Shown here piece by piece: positions 1 to 13,003 of a stretch of 64,000 bases of DNA. Within the stretch, counting starts at the first letter, position 1, and every line of letters begins with the position of its first letter. Under the pieces are notes generated by a model. That model worked only from the letters and a program-made list of their open reading frames with translations. It did no database searches and was not told the DNA's origin. Both the position numbers and the translations under genes were made by a program. The DNA comes from Vicugna vicugna (taxonomy: Eukaryota), in the NCBI GenBank assembly GCA_013265495.1, contig MU058213.1, positions 3,286,001 to 3,350,000 on the forward strand, given 5' to 3'.

Positions 1-184
1 CTCCGAGCCGAGGCGCGGCCGAGGGCGGCGGGGCCGCGGGCCGACTTTGCAAAGTTTGGGAGGAGGACGAGGCCCCGGGGCGGCCGGGCGGCGAGCGGGC
101 ACCGGCCGGGCTCAGCGGCCGCGGCGGCAGCGCGGCCTGGGAGCGGCCCCCCACCCCGGGCCGGCGTGTGCGGAGGACGAGTGC

Positions 185-521
185 GCCGCCGCCGCCGCCG
201 CCTCCCACTCCTTCTTCTTCGCCGCCGCCGCCTCAGGAGCCGCTGACAGGGGAGGCGGGAGGCGGGCGGCCCGGCCCTGGCGGCGCACTCACAGCGCCCT
301 CTGAGGAGGAGGTCTGCGCTCTCGCCGCTCCGGAGTCGCAGACACAAAAGCCCCCAGCCTGGAGCCGCCTGCAAAACCCGCTCTGGGGCGGGCGAGGGAC
401 GTGGCGCGGCCCCGCGGCTTCCCCGCCCCGAGCTCCCCAGCCCCGCGCGGGGACGGACTTCGGGGGGCGGGGGCCGCTGCCTCGTCCCGCCGCGCCTCCC
501 GCCGCCGCCGCCGCCGCCGCC
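185..521. repeat. GCC/CGG trinucleotide tracts: (GCC)6 185-202, (GCC)4 221-232, (GCC)7 501-521
   Basis: Read directly from the sequence. Confidence 0.9.
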
Positions 522-820
522 TCGCGCTCCGCCTCGGCCCAGCCCCCACGGCCCGCGCGCGCCTCTCGCTCCGCACGGGGCTGAGCGGGGCCGCGGCCCA
601 GGCGGCCGGGGCGGGCAGCGCGCGCCGAGGGGCCGCTCTGCCCGGCCCCGCGCTGCCCCGCGTCGAGTGTTCCCCGGCCGCCGCCAGGCCCGGGGACGAC
701 CGGCTCCGCGGCCGACGCGCTCCAGCCCGGCTTCTGCGAGGAAACGGCATCTCCGAACTTCGGCGGAGGCCGCAGCAGGCACCTTGGCTTCGCGGCCAGG
801 GATCTGAAAGAGGAACGTAC

Positions 821-869
821 GATCCGAGCAAACTTTGTAAGCGGGAGCGGGGGAGTTCTCGGCGGGCTT
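821..869 (-). other. PYGO1: Orthologue of the human PYGO1 upstream first coding exon segment (49 nt), lacking ATG (AAG instead)
   Basis: AAG CCC GCC GAG AAC TCC CCC GCT CCC GCT TAC AAA GTT TGC TCG GAT C|gtacgt: 16 codons + 1 nt, then a GT donor at 820-819. Confidence 0.75.
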
Positions 870-1079
870 GTGGAGACCCAGGTTCTCCTACTCCGTGTCC
901 GTGGTCTGGACACCTGTTTGTGCAGTGCCCCAACGGGAAGTTTTAACGACTTGACTCTTCAAGAAAGAGCGATGCGGAATGAATACAAAAAAGGAGGGTG
1001 GGTGGAAGCAGTGAGACGCCTGGACTTGATGTAGACGTTAAATTTTAGGAAAAGCACCTCCCCACCCAGAAGGTGATTG

Positions 1080-1210
1080 TAGATTGGATTTGGTCACTGA
1101 TTACACATCAGTCATTTAGGCTGTGTGACCTGAGGCAACTTGGGTAACCTCTCTGAGTCTCAGATTTGTGATCTTTCCATCTCTGAGGTCCCGTCTAGCT
1201 CTGATATTCT
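1080..1210 (+). mobile_element. MIR SINE fragment
   Basis: Core-like 'ctgtgtgacctgaggcaacttgggtaacctctctgagtctcag'. Confidence 0.55.
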
Positions 1211-2547
1211 TTGGCTTACTTTTATGCCACTGTTCTCCCTTTTTGTTGTTAAGGGTTCCAGTTTTCCTACTAAAGAGAATCTGTAGATGCAAACCAGTCT
1301 TCAGTCAGGTGAGACATTATTTTAAAGCTAGAGTCACTGAGAAGACTCTTTAATCATATGAGAACTTAGAACTAACCACAAATAGGAATCTCCTAACGGA
1401 GATAAGACCCATAGAACTCATTCACTTGCGCACATAATGTCAGAGAGAACAGATGTAAACAGGAGGCCAATGTACAGTCTTAAAGACTGCGTAACACATA
1501 AGCACCACAGCAGCAGCAGCAGCTTTAAAACACAGGATATGGTGTGGCCAGGGGACAAATGTTATCCTTTCTCTTATAAGTTTGGGGGGAAATTCCTGAT
1601 TAGAAGATTCAGAGTAGGATAGGCTGGGGAAATTTTACAGGAGGTGCATCTTAGGAGAAGCCTCCCACCACCACCTCATCCCCCAACTAGACTGTAAGCT
1701 CCATGCAGGCAGGAATTTTACCCAGTCCACTACTGCATCCTTTGGTACTGAACAACGACTGGCAAGAATTCAAACAATTTTGTTGTTGAGTGAATGCGTG
1801 AATAACAGCAGACTGGGAGTGGCCCTGGATCAACTAAATTGACAGGGCTTTGGTACGTCTGATAAACTCATGCTAAGTATTGGATCTTACCCTCTACCGC
1901 ACAGGGTTATTGAGAGAAGATGTGAAAGCACTTTGAAAATATCAGTCAATATGGAAATAGAGTTTTTATTATATGGTCCTTAGTGCAAAGAAAGTGGTTG
2001 AGAAAAATCATTGCTAAGAGATTTTGGATCCTTTATTGTAATTCCCTAAAGTTAGAGACTCAAGTACTATTAAATCAAGAGAAATGAATTAGCTTTTTAA
2101 TGATTCATCAAGAATAAAAAGACCGTCTTACTTGGCCATGGGTTTTTAGATCAGTTTGACTTCCAAATCCTGACTACTTGCTACTTATCAAAATTACATA
2201 GAAAGCTTTCTAAAATTTCAGATTCTCAAGACCCTCCCCAGACGTACTGAATCAGAATCTTTGGGAATGAGGTCTGGCAGTCAGTCTTTGAATATTCTCC
2301 ATTTGATTGACAGCAAAGAGTATTGTGTATTATACTCCTTATGCCCCAGTGTGACAGAACTCCTAATAAAATATACTTGCACGTGCTGTTGTCTTTATCC
2401 ATGAGTCTTGGTTATGAGTTCCAGAGTTAATCTTTACTCTCATTCAGAGAGATGCAGGTAGAGCTATTGTTAGTGGGCTTACTCCTCTACTTAACAATAC
2501 ATGCTCAGTCATTCCTAAAATACAGTAGAAGGCACAGCTTAGGCTGG

Positions 2548-2757
2548 AGCAGCGGTCGGGAAACTTTTTCTGTGGCAGCCCAGATAATACATAGGAGTGT
2601 TGCAGGCCTTTCTCTGTCACAACTACTCACTCTGCCCTTAGAGAAGCAAGCGCAGACAATATGCAAATAAGTGGGTGTGGCTGTGTTCTAATAAGGCTAT
2701 TCAAAAAACCAGACAGTACACTGAGTATGTCCCACAGGCTGTAATCTCCTGATTCCT
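2548..2757. mobile_element. hAT-Charlie MITE (MER58A-like)
   Basis: 'gcggtcgggaaactttttctgt...gggtgtggctgtgttctaataag...cccacaggctgtaatctcctgattcct' resembles the MER58 consensus. Confidence 0.6.
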
Positions 2758-3519
2758 AGAGTAGAAATTCGGTCACATAAAGGACTTTGGAGCTCAGGGG
2801 ACAGGTCAAGGCTGCAGATACAAATAAGGGAGATCTTACCTCAGAATAGATCAACTCACCCAGGACCAGTGAGACACCAAGAGCCAAGAACAGAATCCAG
2901 GGAAACACTGGCATTTTAAAGGGTAGACTGAAATAGAGGAGCCTGTAAAGGAAAATGAGAAGAAATGAAAAAATTAAAAAAACAAGAGTGTCATGGCAAT
3001 CAAGAAATGATCAACATTATCACATGCTGCAGAAAGAAATACTCATTTCTAGCATCAACCATCTTTGACTTGGAATCTGCTTAACCTCCTTGTTTTCCTA
3101 TATTTTGAAGTATTTTACAGTCTTTGTTTTTGATATTTTACATCTCAAATTTTACTTTTTTTATTGTGGAAGATAGCATAGTGGAGCATTTAAGCATAAA
3201 GACTCCAATATAAGTTGGTTTAGATTGAGATATAAACTTTTCTTCAGGGTAAAAAAAGAGATAATACTGCTATAAACTCTGTTTTCAAACATTTAAAGTC
3301 ATAGATTTGTTTTAAGTTGAATAGAAATAGAAACCAAACCCAATTCCAGATATTTGGAAATTTTACAATATTGGTTTGAAAGCTCTCGTGATATAAATGA
3401 AACTGTGGTCAGCTTCACAACCTCTATACATTGGTCAACCACATCCAGGAGCCCTTTGTTGACAAATACAGATGGGCTCTCACAAGCTCAATGTTGAGGG
3501 AATCAGAACAGCAAACTTT

Positions 3520-4090
3520 TAGGGATGGTTTGTTTGGGTCAGGATTCAGTCAAGACACAGTAATCTGAACAGGGTAAATTTACTCAAAGAATTAACTGCA
3601 GCAGGAGGTTGCAGTAGGGAGCAATCGGATAGTAAGAAGTAAGGAGATGCTAAAAAGATATGAGTAAAGCATATGTAAGGAGGAGTTCCTACCCTTAAAA
3701 CTGAGACGGAGCACCCAAAGAAGGAGCCCCTCCCTCTCCAGGCTGAGATGCTGACGTTATGGCAGAGGGTGCAGTCTTGCAGTCTGAGGGGAGTCCCAGA
3801 GAAAGCTGCGGGCCTCCTGGCCCCTGTGTGCTACCTACATGGTAGGATTCTGGCACTGCATAAGTTGCCAACACTGCAGGAGTTGGATGCTGGAGAAGCC
3901 AAGCATGTTGCAGGAGCCCACCAAGAGGAGCAACTGGAACTAGAAGAGAAGACCCTTCCTCCTGTAATCTCTCTCCAGCGTCCACTACTGACAAAGTATC
4001 ACATCATGCTGGCTGGCAAGAGAAAAATAGTTAAAGGGTCCAGCTTCATTTCTGGAGAGCAGGCAATAAATTGATGGTTGGCACAATAAT
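3520..4090. mobile_element. Old ERVL-type solo LTR (family uncertain)
   Basis: Purine-rich block with a higher GC content than its flanks and LTR-like motifs ('cctcctgtaatctctctccagcgtccactactgacaaag'). Recognised from recall only. Confidence 0.4.
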
Positions 4091-4499
4091 AGTGTGTGAT
4101 TTAGGCTAGCAAAGCTCTCTTAAGTGATCTTGAATCAACAGCACCTTTGGTTGTGGAATATGTTCTGTCATAAAATGATGGTGTCTGATTTTTTGCTGTC
4201 TTGTCTAAAATGTGTATTTATTTACTAGGCTATGAAATAAGAGGCAAAGTTAAACTTCAAAATACCTGTGAACTAATTTTCTTTAACCTGTTATCCCATC
4301 AATCACCAAATTCCTTAAATTTTACCTCCTAAGTATTTCTCAGATGTATCCATTCTTTTCTGTTCCTATTGCCACCACCCAAGTCCAGCCATGACCATTT
4401 ATCTCTTTCCTAGACTAATATAATAACAACCCAATAGTTTCCTCCATATCAGCCTTAACTTCTATTCATTCCATTTCCTGCTCTGTAGTTAGAGCAATC

Positions 4500-5335
4500 T
4501 TTTTCTTTTTAATTTTTATTTTGAAATAATTATAAATTAAGAGGATATTGCAAAGAAATATATAGGGAAGTCCTGTGTGTTCTTCCCTTAGCCTCCCCCA
4601 GTGTTAACACCATGTACAATTATAGTGCAATATAAAGACCAAAAATTTAAATTTTAAAGAAATTGACATTGGTACAATCCATAGAACTTATTCAGATTTT
4701 ACCAGTTATACATGCATGGGTGTTTCTGTAAGTGTGTGTGTGTGTGTGTGTGTGTGTAGCTCTATATAATTTTATCACATGTATAGCCTTGTATAACCAC
4801 CACCACAATCAAGATACTCAACTATACTGTCAGTACAAAACTCCCTGATAACAAGACTCCCTGGTGTGATCTCTTTACAGCCACAGCCATCCATCCGCTC
4901 CCTAATCTATCTGTGGCAGCCACTAATCTATTCTGCATTTTTATAATTGTTTATATTATTTCCATGAAGGTTACACAAATGAAATCATGCAGTATGTATC
5001 CCTTGGAGATTTTTTTCATGTAATATAATTTCATTGAATCTCATCCAAGTTACTATGTGTGTCAATATTTTGCTTCTTTTTACTACTTAGTAGTATTCCA
5101 TGGTATGGATGTACTACAGTTTATTAAACCATTCACTCACTGAAGGACTACATGGATAGTTTCTACTTTTTGGCTATTACGAATAAAGCCAGTATGAACA
5201 TTCATGTACAAGTTCCTGTGTGAAAATAAATCTGCATTTTTTTTCTGGGATAAATGCCCAAGAATGCAATTGCTGGGTCATCTGGTAAGTCCATTTTTAG
5301 TTTGAAGGAACTGCCAAACAATTTTCCAGAATGTA
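4500..5335 (-). mobile_element. L1 (L1MB/MC-like) 3' end, containing (TG)n at 4732-4757
   Basis: T-rich tail 'ttttattttgaaataattataaat' and typical L1 3'UTR text 'tagtattccatggtatggatgtac', 'gctgggtcatctggtaag'. Confidence 0.7.
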
Positions 5336-5339
5336 GAGT

Positions 5340-5920
5340 GCTGTTTTAAAAACACAAATCTCATCCTGTCATCACTTTACATAAAACTTCTCAATGGCTT
5401 CTCACTGCCGTTATAATTAAGACTAGATTTAAAAACAAAACAAAACAAAACAAAAAAACCATGGAATAAAAGGCTTATATAATGATTTCCACTGATTTCT
5501 CCAACTTCACCCTGTATCACTGCCCTTGCTCTTTATGCTTACTGGCCTTTTAAAAATTTCCTGCAACATTCTCCTGCCACAGGGCTTTTGCAAGTGCTAT
5601 TTTGTCTTACAGGAATGCTCTTCTTCCTACTGCTAGTCTAAATAACTAAAACTCTACCTTTTTTTCCCCTCAACTCAAGTATGTCTTGCCTCAGGGAAGC
5701 CTCCATCTAGTCTACCTCAGATTCTGTTTTTTCATGTTCCTTTCCTTCATCACTTCTCTCAGTTAGAAATTACATTATTAATTTCCATGAACATCTGATT
5801 CAATTTTGTTTTTACCTCCAGACTCTAAAATTCATGAGGGCAAGGGTTATGTTGATTTCTGCTTATTATTGTCTGGCACATTTATCAGGTGCTCAATAAA
5901 CATTTTTTGAATGGATGAAG
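5340..5920. mobile_element. L2 3' fragment
   Basis: Ends in 'ctggcaca...ggtgctcaataaacattttttgaatggatgaa', the typical L2 terminus. Confidence 0.55.
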
Positions 5921-6934
5921 GAATTACATACTCACCAAGTATTCAGTGTCAAAGCCTTAACATTTAAGCCTTAATATTTAAGATATAGTAACTACTTTAA
6001 AGCTAGGGGAAAAAAGATATCTTAACTATTCATATTCAAGGTGGCCAAGTAAGTAACAGACTCTTTTAGCCTAATTTCAGACAGTTTAGACTAATACATT
6101 CTGAAATATATATTATTTCAGAGTAAGACTCAGAACTAAGTATTCCTACTGGATAACTATTATTGAAAAATAACAAAGAAAATGATTACTAGGGTATTTG
6201 TTGTTCTTTTAAAACATTAAGGAGGCTTGCAAGCCAAGAAAGGGACAGGCATCTATGCAGCTCTCCATCTTGATCATTGATTGTCAAATGAACTTGACAT
6301 ACCCTTTTGCAATCAATAACCACAGACTCACATTTAACATAACCATCATAAGAAGGTTCATGGTATCTTTCCTGGGGCAGCATGGTTAAAACATTCATGG
6401 TTAAGTAAGGTGCCTCCAGTGGGGCACCTATGTTTGATCTTTGAGTCTAAAGACACAGTGAGTCACATAGTTCTTAGGCGACAGCTGATAAACCAATATG
6501 GCAAAGTAATGCGGGAGTTTTGCCTTGTTTTGCTCTGTTTCTTACAGCAATGGGAAAAAGAGGCAGCTTTTTTCAGGATATAAATACTGCCAACATAGGC
6601 AGACTGCAACACTGTGGGTGCTTGAGAAAATTTTTAAGAGCATGTGGGAATGAGCAAGATATGTGCATATTTGTGAATGAAACACAGCAAGGCAGGACTA
6701 CCTAAGAAACATGACAAATCTGGGTGTTAAAACAACAAACTGTAAATACGAAACAATTGGCATTTTGTGAAATCTCTTTTAAGAGACAGAAAATGTGCCA
6801 ATTTTAAGCCTTTTTAGTTTGTACATGTGTTGGAAGGGAAAGATCAGAAAAGGGGGAGGCAAGATAATGACCACTGTGAACAGTAACATTCCTTTGAGTC
6901 CCTCCATTTTTTTGTACATTCACATTTTGCATGG

Positions 6935-8390
6935 AGGTATTTATAAATTATAAAATTCATCATTTAAATGTGTACAATTCAGTGTAGAGTATATTCACTT
7001 TTTAGTACATACTAGTATATTCACAGAGTTGTGCAAGCATCACCATTATCTAAAGCTGAACATTATTTTCTGGACCACTGTGCCCCTCAAACCCCAATAC
7101 TTCAAAAAGTATTTCCTAAGAATGGGATAGTCTCTTACATAATCATAAAACAGTGATCAGATTAAGAAAATTTAACATGGATAAAATGCTATTATGTAAT
7201 ATACTTTCCGTATTTAAGTTTCATCAATATTCCCAATAATATCATTTATATCTGTTTTTTACCTCTGATCGAAGATCCAGATTGCATTTAACTATCATGT
7301 CTTTTGGTTTCCTCAGTCTGGAACAGTGCCTCATTCTCCCCTTGTCTTCCAAGGTGCTGATGTTTTCAGAGCGCAGGGCCAACTTTTTTGTGCAATGATG
7401 CTCAGTTTGGACTTGTCTGATTTTTTTTTCCAGAATTAGATTAAGATTATTGCATTCCTGGCAGGAATAATGGCTGTGTGAGGCTGTGTCCTGTTCAGAG
7501 CATCACATCAGGAGGCCCTTGATACCAGTTTGCTTTATTATTGGTGATGTTAACTTTGATTACTTGCTTAACATGGGGCCCAATAAATTTCTCTACTATA
7601 AAGATATCATCACTGTAGAGTTAGTAAGTACTCTCTGGGACAATTGCTTGAGACTATATAAATATCCCTTTGTTCATCAAACTTTTCACCTGCTAGTTTT
7701 TGCATTCCTTGATGAATACTATCTGAATTAGTTATTGTTATCATAGTTACAAAATGGTCACTTCTAACTCTGTCATTCCTCTACATTTCTTATTTGGCGT
7801 TCTAGTGTAAGAAAGAAGTTGCCTTTCTCCTTTTTCGCATCTCTCCCTCTCTTCTTTTTTTCTTTTCTGTTGGAATAAACTCATTTTATTCAAAAGGTTA
7901 TAGTAGTATTCATTATTCATTTTAATACTCAATTTGCCCAGATTTAGCTAGTAAGAGCCCTTCTGGGTGACACCTGTAATCTTTTGAACACATCCCATAA
8001 TTCTTTTAGAAATTCCTTACTTTCTGACACAACAAGATGTTCCAGGATCCAAAATTAACTGTCTCTGCTCCAGCCCTGGGATTAGCAATTTCCCACAAGG
8101 AGCCCTGTTTCCTTTTAGTGGGAAGTAATATTCAGAAAACAAACACTGAGTGCTTGGTGTGTTCATCTCAACTGAAGTGTCACTGCTCATAGATTTGGTG
8201 GGGGGGATTCAATTTCATATAGTTCAACTTAGTATATTAAATCATGAATTTATACCAATATATATGAATACCTCTAATTTCAGACCAATTTCACGTTTTT
8301 TTCTGCCTTTACCCCTTCCCTCTTTCTATCTTTCTTCTCCTAAAGTGAGAACTCTAGCTCCCAGAGTTCCCATTTTAATTATGACTTTTG
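6935..8390 (-). mobile_element. Degraded L1 (L1MB/L1MC4-5-like) fragments
   Basis: L1 3'UTR-like phrases ('tattggtgatgttaactttgattacttg', 'acaagatgttccagg', 'gagccctgtttccttttagtgg'). Confidence 0.55.
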
Positions 8391-8904
8391 TTACAAAAAA
8401 GCAGAAGGTGAAAGCACGGTTTTCATTTCTAATTTCAAAATTGTATTAGCAATGCATACAGATTACAACCATACGCATTCATGTATACATATATGGACAG
8501 TTGGAGAGTATATGATCATTCATTGGAGTGAATTTTAGTCAGGCTCTATTTTCCCAACACGTCGACCTCACCAATTGTTGCTCCACTATTATTTTGCTGT
8601 CTCTCTACCGTGCTTTTGGATTTTAAGACTGTGTTGGTTTTGAAGAGTTATCCATTACAATGTATATTACCTAGCTCTAACAGCTTTATAATCAATTTAT
8701 ACCTTACACAAAAATTAGTAGATATTTCTCAAAAGGCTGAGCTGGAGGCAACTGGAGGTGACGGAAGGGTGAGAAGGAGAAGGGTCAGATTGGAGGAAGT
8801 CAGGGAAGGCCAAATAGAACAAAAGGTTAAATCTTCCTAATTATTGATTTCCTTTAGTTTATATTGATCTGAATATGAATATATGTGTAAATATATGTAG
8901 AAAA

Positions 8905-9150
8905 GAATCAGTATGTAAACTGGTTAAGTATTCAGATACCTGGATCTAGGCTGCCTGACTTCAAGAACTGCTTCAAGGCTTATTAGTTGCATAAGCCTGG
9001 GAAAGTTCCTTGAACTTTCTGTGCCTCAGTGTCTTCATCTGCAAAATAGGGACAATAGCTTCAGTTCATAGGGCTATTGTGAAGATTAAATGAGTTACTG
9101 GACATAAAGTGCTTAGGATGGTAGCTCAGTGCTATATAGATGCTTGATAT
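8905..9150 (+). mobile_element. MIR SINE
   Basis: 'ctgtgcctcagtgtcttcatctgcaaaataggga...gggctattgtgaagattaaatgagtta...aaagtgctt'. Confidence 0.7.
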
Positions 9151-10289
9151 TATATTTAGACTCTATTTTTTAAATAGAATCAAATTCTACATACTTGTAT
9201 AAACTTGATTGTATTTCAGAGGTTTGTTTACCCATCAAGGAATAAAGATCTGCCATATTCCTTTTCATGGCACCATAATATCCCATTATATGGATGTACT
9301 GTCATTTAGTTTTTCAATCTCTATTGACGGGACACTTAGAATGTTTCTATTTTTCATATTACAAACATTAGTCAACGTCCTTGTACATAAGTCTTATCTG
9401 CACACTTTTTTATTTTCTTGTGAAATTGCCCTATAAAAAGTTGAATTGATTTATATCTCCTTCAGTAAGTCGTTCTTATTTTCCTCTTCCTCTAGGTCAG
9501 TGGTTCTCAACCATTTTTTTCTGCCTCAATCCCATCCACATCCGCAGTATTTATCCTACTATCAACAGTCTCTCTCATTACATGATTTGCAGTGCTTTGA
9601 GGATGTGACAGAGACTGCAAGTTGTCTCCATGTAACCTGCCTTCCTCTCCATCCTTACCTGCCTTTCTCCCTTTCTTTCTCAGTAACAGAACTCTGTGTT
9701 TGAGGGGTGCGATGCAGGGAAATGGCTGCTCAGAATGAAGACTGCATTTTCCAGCCTTTCTTGCAGAAACGTATAATGCATGACTAAGTTCTGTGCAATG
9801 GCATGTAAGTATCCTTAAAGTAGGAGCCATTCCCTTCTTTCCTTTATGTTGGTGGAATAGAACGTGAATATAACAACGTGGCTCCAGCAGACACTTTTGA
9901 CTATCATGCATTCTGATCCTGTTGAGTCTCTGACCAGATTTGCACTGACAGCCTCCAGTTTTCTTGACGAGATAAACTTCTGTTTTGTTCAAGTCACTGC
10001 TATTTTCTTTTTGTTTGTTTCTTATAGAGAAACTGAATCCTAATGAAGAGTTCTATGAGAATCTCTGTGTTGAAGACCCCCGTGGGGAAGGTAGCTAGTA
10101 GCTGGATAAAAATTACTGATACTAGTCTTGCGTATCTTTTCCACTTTTTAAAAATTCTTTTAATATTTGTATGCTGTTCCTGTTAACTGGAACATTAAAA
10201 AATTACATATTTGCTTGTTGCCTTGACCAAGTGATAATTTTTAATAAATAAAAAAGAAAGCTACTTAATTTTCTTATATTTTAAATTTT

Positions 10290-12230
10290 ATTGAATTTAC
10301 TTGCACTTTTGGCATAAACTGGGTATCGATATACATGAGTCTTCTTCTGTCCTCTCTTTTGTTCCATCTGTCCTTGCACCAATAACATACTGTCATATTG
10401 CAGTTTTATAGTAAATCTTGGTATATGAGAGTGTAAGTAGTTTTTTACCTACTGTATAACACCATCATTTAATTAAACAAGTTTATTGAACTTGTCCTCC
10501 TGAAAGACAGGTTATTTCTACATTTTCATCATTATAAATAGTTCTGCCATGGACAAATTTGTATGTTTCCTTGTGCATGTTTTTCCCTAGAATAGGTACC
10601 CAGAAATGCAATTTCTAGACAGTGCCAAATTGATTTTCAAAGTAATTGCGTCAGTTTATACTACTACTAGAATTGATTGAGGGTCCTTAGGGTTTCCTAT
10701 TTTTGACAACAGTTGTTACAACATCAGACTTTTTGCATGTGTCGGCATCATGGGTTTGAAGGGTTATCTCTGTTTTAGATGCATTTCCTTGATTACCCAG
10801 TAGTTTGTAAGTCATTTGATTTCCTTTTCTGTGAATTGCCTGTTTATATCCATGCCCACTTTTCCATTGTGTGGCTTGAGTTGTTCTTGATTTTTTTGAA
10901 ATTCTTTATAATGTCTGGATACAAATCCTTTGGGGTTTATATTTGTACATAGCTTCTTCCAGTATGTGGTCTGCTTTTAGTTTTGTTTGGGTTGTCTTTG
11001 GTCATAGAGAGGCTGTACATTTTAATGCAGTTGAATCGTTCAACTTTTAGTTGCAGTTTTTGCTTTTAGTTATGTGTGCCTTGAGAAATCTTTGCCTATT
11101 CTGACATCATAAAAAAAATGTTTTTTCTTCTGAACAATTCTAATGTGGTTTTCAAAATCAGGTCTTTAATGTTTTGTTCATTTATTTATGGCTTTGTTCA
11201 TTTAGATTAGGTACACAACCAAAATTATATTTTTCATATGGAAATTTCCATGAGAAACCCTTATTAGGATTTTCATTTGAATTACCTTAAATATATTGAT
11301 TTATTTGGAGGTAGGGACATGTTTAAGACAGTGAATATTCCTATCCATAAACATGGGCTCTCTCCTTTTTAAAATAGTTCTTCAGACATGTCCATCAATA
11401 GTTTTATAATTTTCTCCGTGGAAGTCTTACACATGTTTTTATGATATACTTTTAATCCTTAATTGTTGATTTGGTAAATTATACCTTTCTTTAAAATTAC
11501 ACACTGTAGGGGTTTGTTGCTGACAAATGGGAACTCTTAACTGCACTTTGTATTTTGATCTTAATACCCAGCAATCTTGCTTAGATCTTCTCTTTGGACC
11601 AATAGCTTTTCTACAGATTTTTCTTGAAATTTCCAGTTAGGCAATCACATCACATGCATGTAATGACAGTTTTGTTTCTGTTATAGCTTATCTAGGTATA
11701 GAACTCCATATTGGAGATATTTTTCTTTGTAATGTTTTGAAGGTATCATCCCACCATCTTCCTGCTTCTTTTGTCACTGAGAAATCTTCTTAGAACAATC
11801 TATCTTTTTTTTTTTTTTCCCTCTAACTGCCTTTAAGTTATCTTTGTCTTTGATGTTCTGTAATTTCACTAAAACGTTTTGGTGTGAATTTGTTTTTATA
11901 TTTCTAGATTGAGGTTTATGCTCCCTGAGTCTGAGGATTTCATACATTATTTAGTCATATTCTCTTTGAAAATTGCTTATCCTTCACTCTTTCATTTTAG
12001 AATGACTGTCAAATGTATGTTAAATCTTCTGTTTATTTCTGTTTTATACTTTCTGTTTATCTACTGTGCTGCATTCCTGGATAATTTCTTCACGTCTATC
12101 TTCCAGTTTTAGAACATTCTTTCAGTGTAGTTGATGTGCCATTTAACAGATTTTTCAAGAGTTCAATGACTATAAATATATTTTTAATTTCTGGAAATTC
12201 TATTTCTTTCTTTTTCTAATGCACTTGTTC
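10290..12230 (-). mobile_element. Highly degraded old L1 (L1ME-like) fragments
   Basis: T-rich, with L1 ORF2/3'UTR-like antisense phrases ('gatacaaatccttt', 'attcctatccataaacatgg', 'atcacatcacatgcatgtaatgacagttt'). Confidence 0.5.
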
Positions 12231-12263
12231 TTCTTTTTTTAAAGTGGCCTCTCAGCCACACTC

Positions 12264-12392
12264 TTTTTTTTGGGGGGGGGGGAGGTAATTAAGTTTGTTT
12301 GTTTGTTTATTCTTAGAGGAGGAACTGGGGATTGAACCCAGCACCTCATGCGTGCCAAGCATGTGCTCTATCTCTTGAGCTATACTCTCCCC
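12264..12392 (-). mobile_element. tRNA-derived SINE (camelid Vic-1-like)
   Basis: Reverse complement starts 'ggggagagtatagctcaagagatagagcacatgcttggcacgcatgaggtgctgggttcaatccccagt' (A/B boxes), then '...aaacttaattacctcccccc' and an A-tail. Confidence 0.8.
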
Positions 12393-12997
12393 TCTTCTTT
12401 TTTAAATATAGAGTTTCTTGTTCTCTTATGTTTCAATTCTTTCTTTCATGTCTTCCAGAGTCAGCACAATGTCATTTCAAGAAGTTACTGTTCTATTTTT
12501 CAGCTCCCCTTTCATTACCCAAATTGGGAAGTTAAAAAAAAAACAACAGAATTCAGCTATCTTAAAAAGCTTGTTTGGGGCACATCTTACCTGTTATTCC
12601 TAGATTTTTTTAGGAAAGGCATTTAATATCTCTTTATCAGTTTTTATATATTAAAATACAAACATTTTAACCTGAATTAGAACTGTGTCTATCTGGATGA
12701 ACCCATAGCTTTTAGGCTACCTACTATTTAGTTCCTGAGGTAAGCAATCATCTACTGGAATGGGGAAATTGTTGTTTTCTTGCTGCTATTCAGTAAATGC
12801 CAGAAGAAAACAATTCTTAGGTACCTTAAACAGGCTCTATTCCTACAGCATGGAGTAGACTCTGTAATCATCCCATTCCAGGATATGAAAGCCATCATTC
12901 TATAAACTGATAGTTTTCATTCCCTATCACCCAAAGGACAACTGAAGAGTAAAAGAAAACATTTATTTTTCTCTTTTTTTTTTAACTAAGGAAAACT

Positions 12998-13003
12998 TTT
13001 ATT
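12998..13003 (-). terminator. PRTG: Probable distal poly(A) signal AATAAA of PRTG (others at 13065-13070 and 12962-12967)
   Basis: TTTATT on the + strand at the boundary between repeat-poor UTR-like sequence and repeat-rich intergenic DNA. The implied ~8 kb UTR agrees with the long PRTG mRNA as I recall it. Confidence 0.6.

Larger units (their letters stand above)
1..950 (-). promoter_or_regulatory. PYGO1: CpG island / promoter and 5'UTR region of PYGO1 (pygopus 1); the coding body lies left of the window
   Basis: Very GC- and CpG-rich, with GC boxes and (GCC)n tracts. Minus-strand 869-821 translates to KPAENSPAPAYKVCSD, matching the recalled human PYGO1 N-terminus MPAENSPAPAYKVSSH. PYGO1 lies downstream of PRTG on the same strand in human. 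Confidence 0.85.

Noticed and set aside
47..946. Five overlapping long ORFs (85-226 aa) on both strands
   Set aside because: Low-complexity Ala/Pro/Arg/Gly translations reflect stop-codon scarcity in a CpG island. The only recognisable peptide is in a minus frame not listed in the track.
3695..4074. Overlapping 99 and 108 aa ORFs
   Set aside because: They lie in an LTR-like repeat and show no recognisable protein similarity.
6411..6428. CTCF-like cctccagtggggcac
   Set aside because: Core spacing is off by one base relative to the consensus.
9507..9992. 161-aa minus-strand ORF
   Set aside because: Non-ATG start, overlaps LTR-like decayed sequence, no recognisable domain.
12736..12742. let-7 7mer-A1 match (TGAGGTA)
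   Set aside because: It lies downstream of the inferred PRTG poly(A) signals, so it is probably not in the mRNA.
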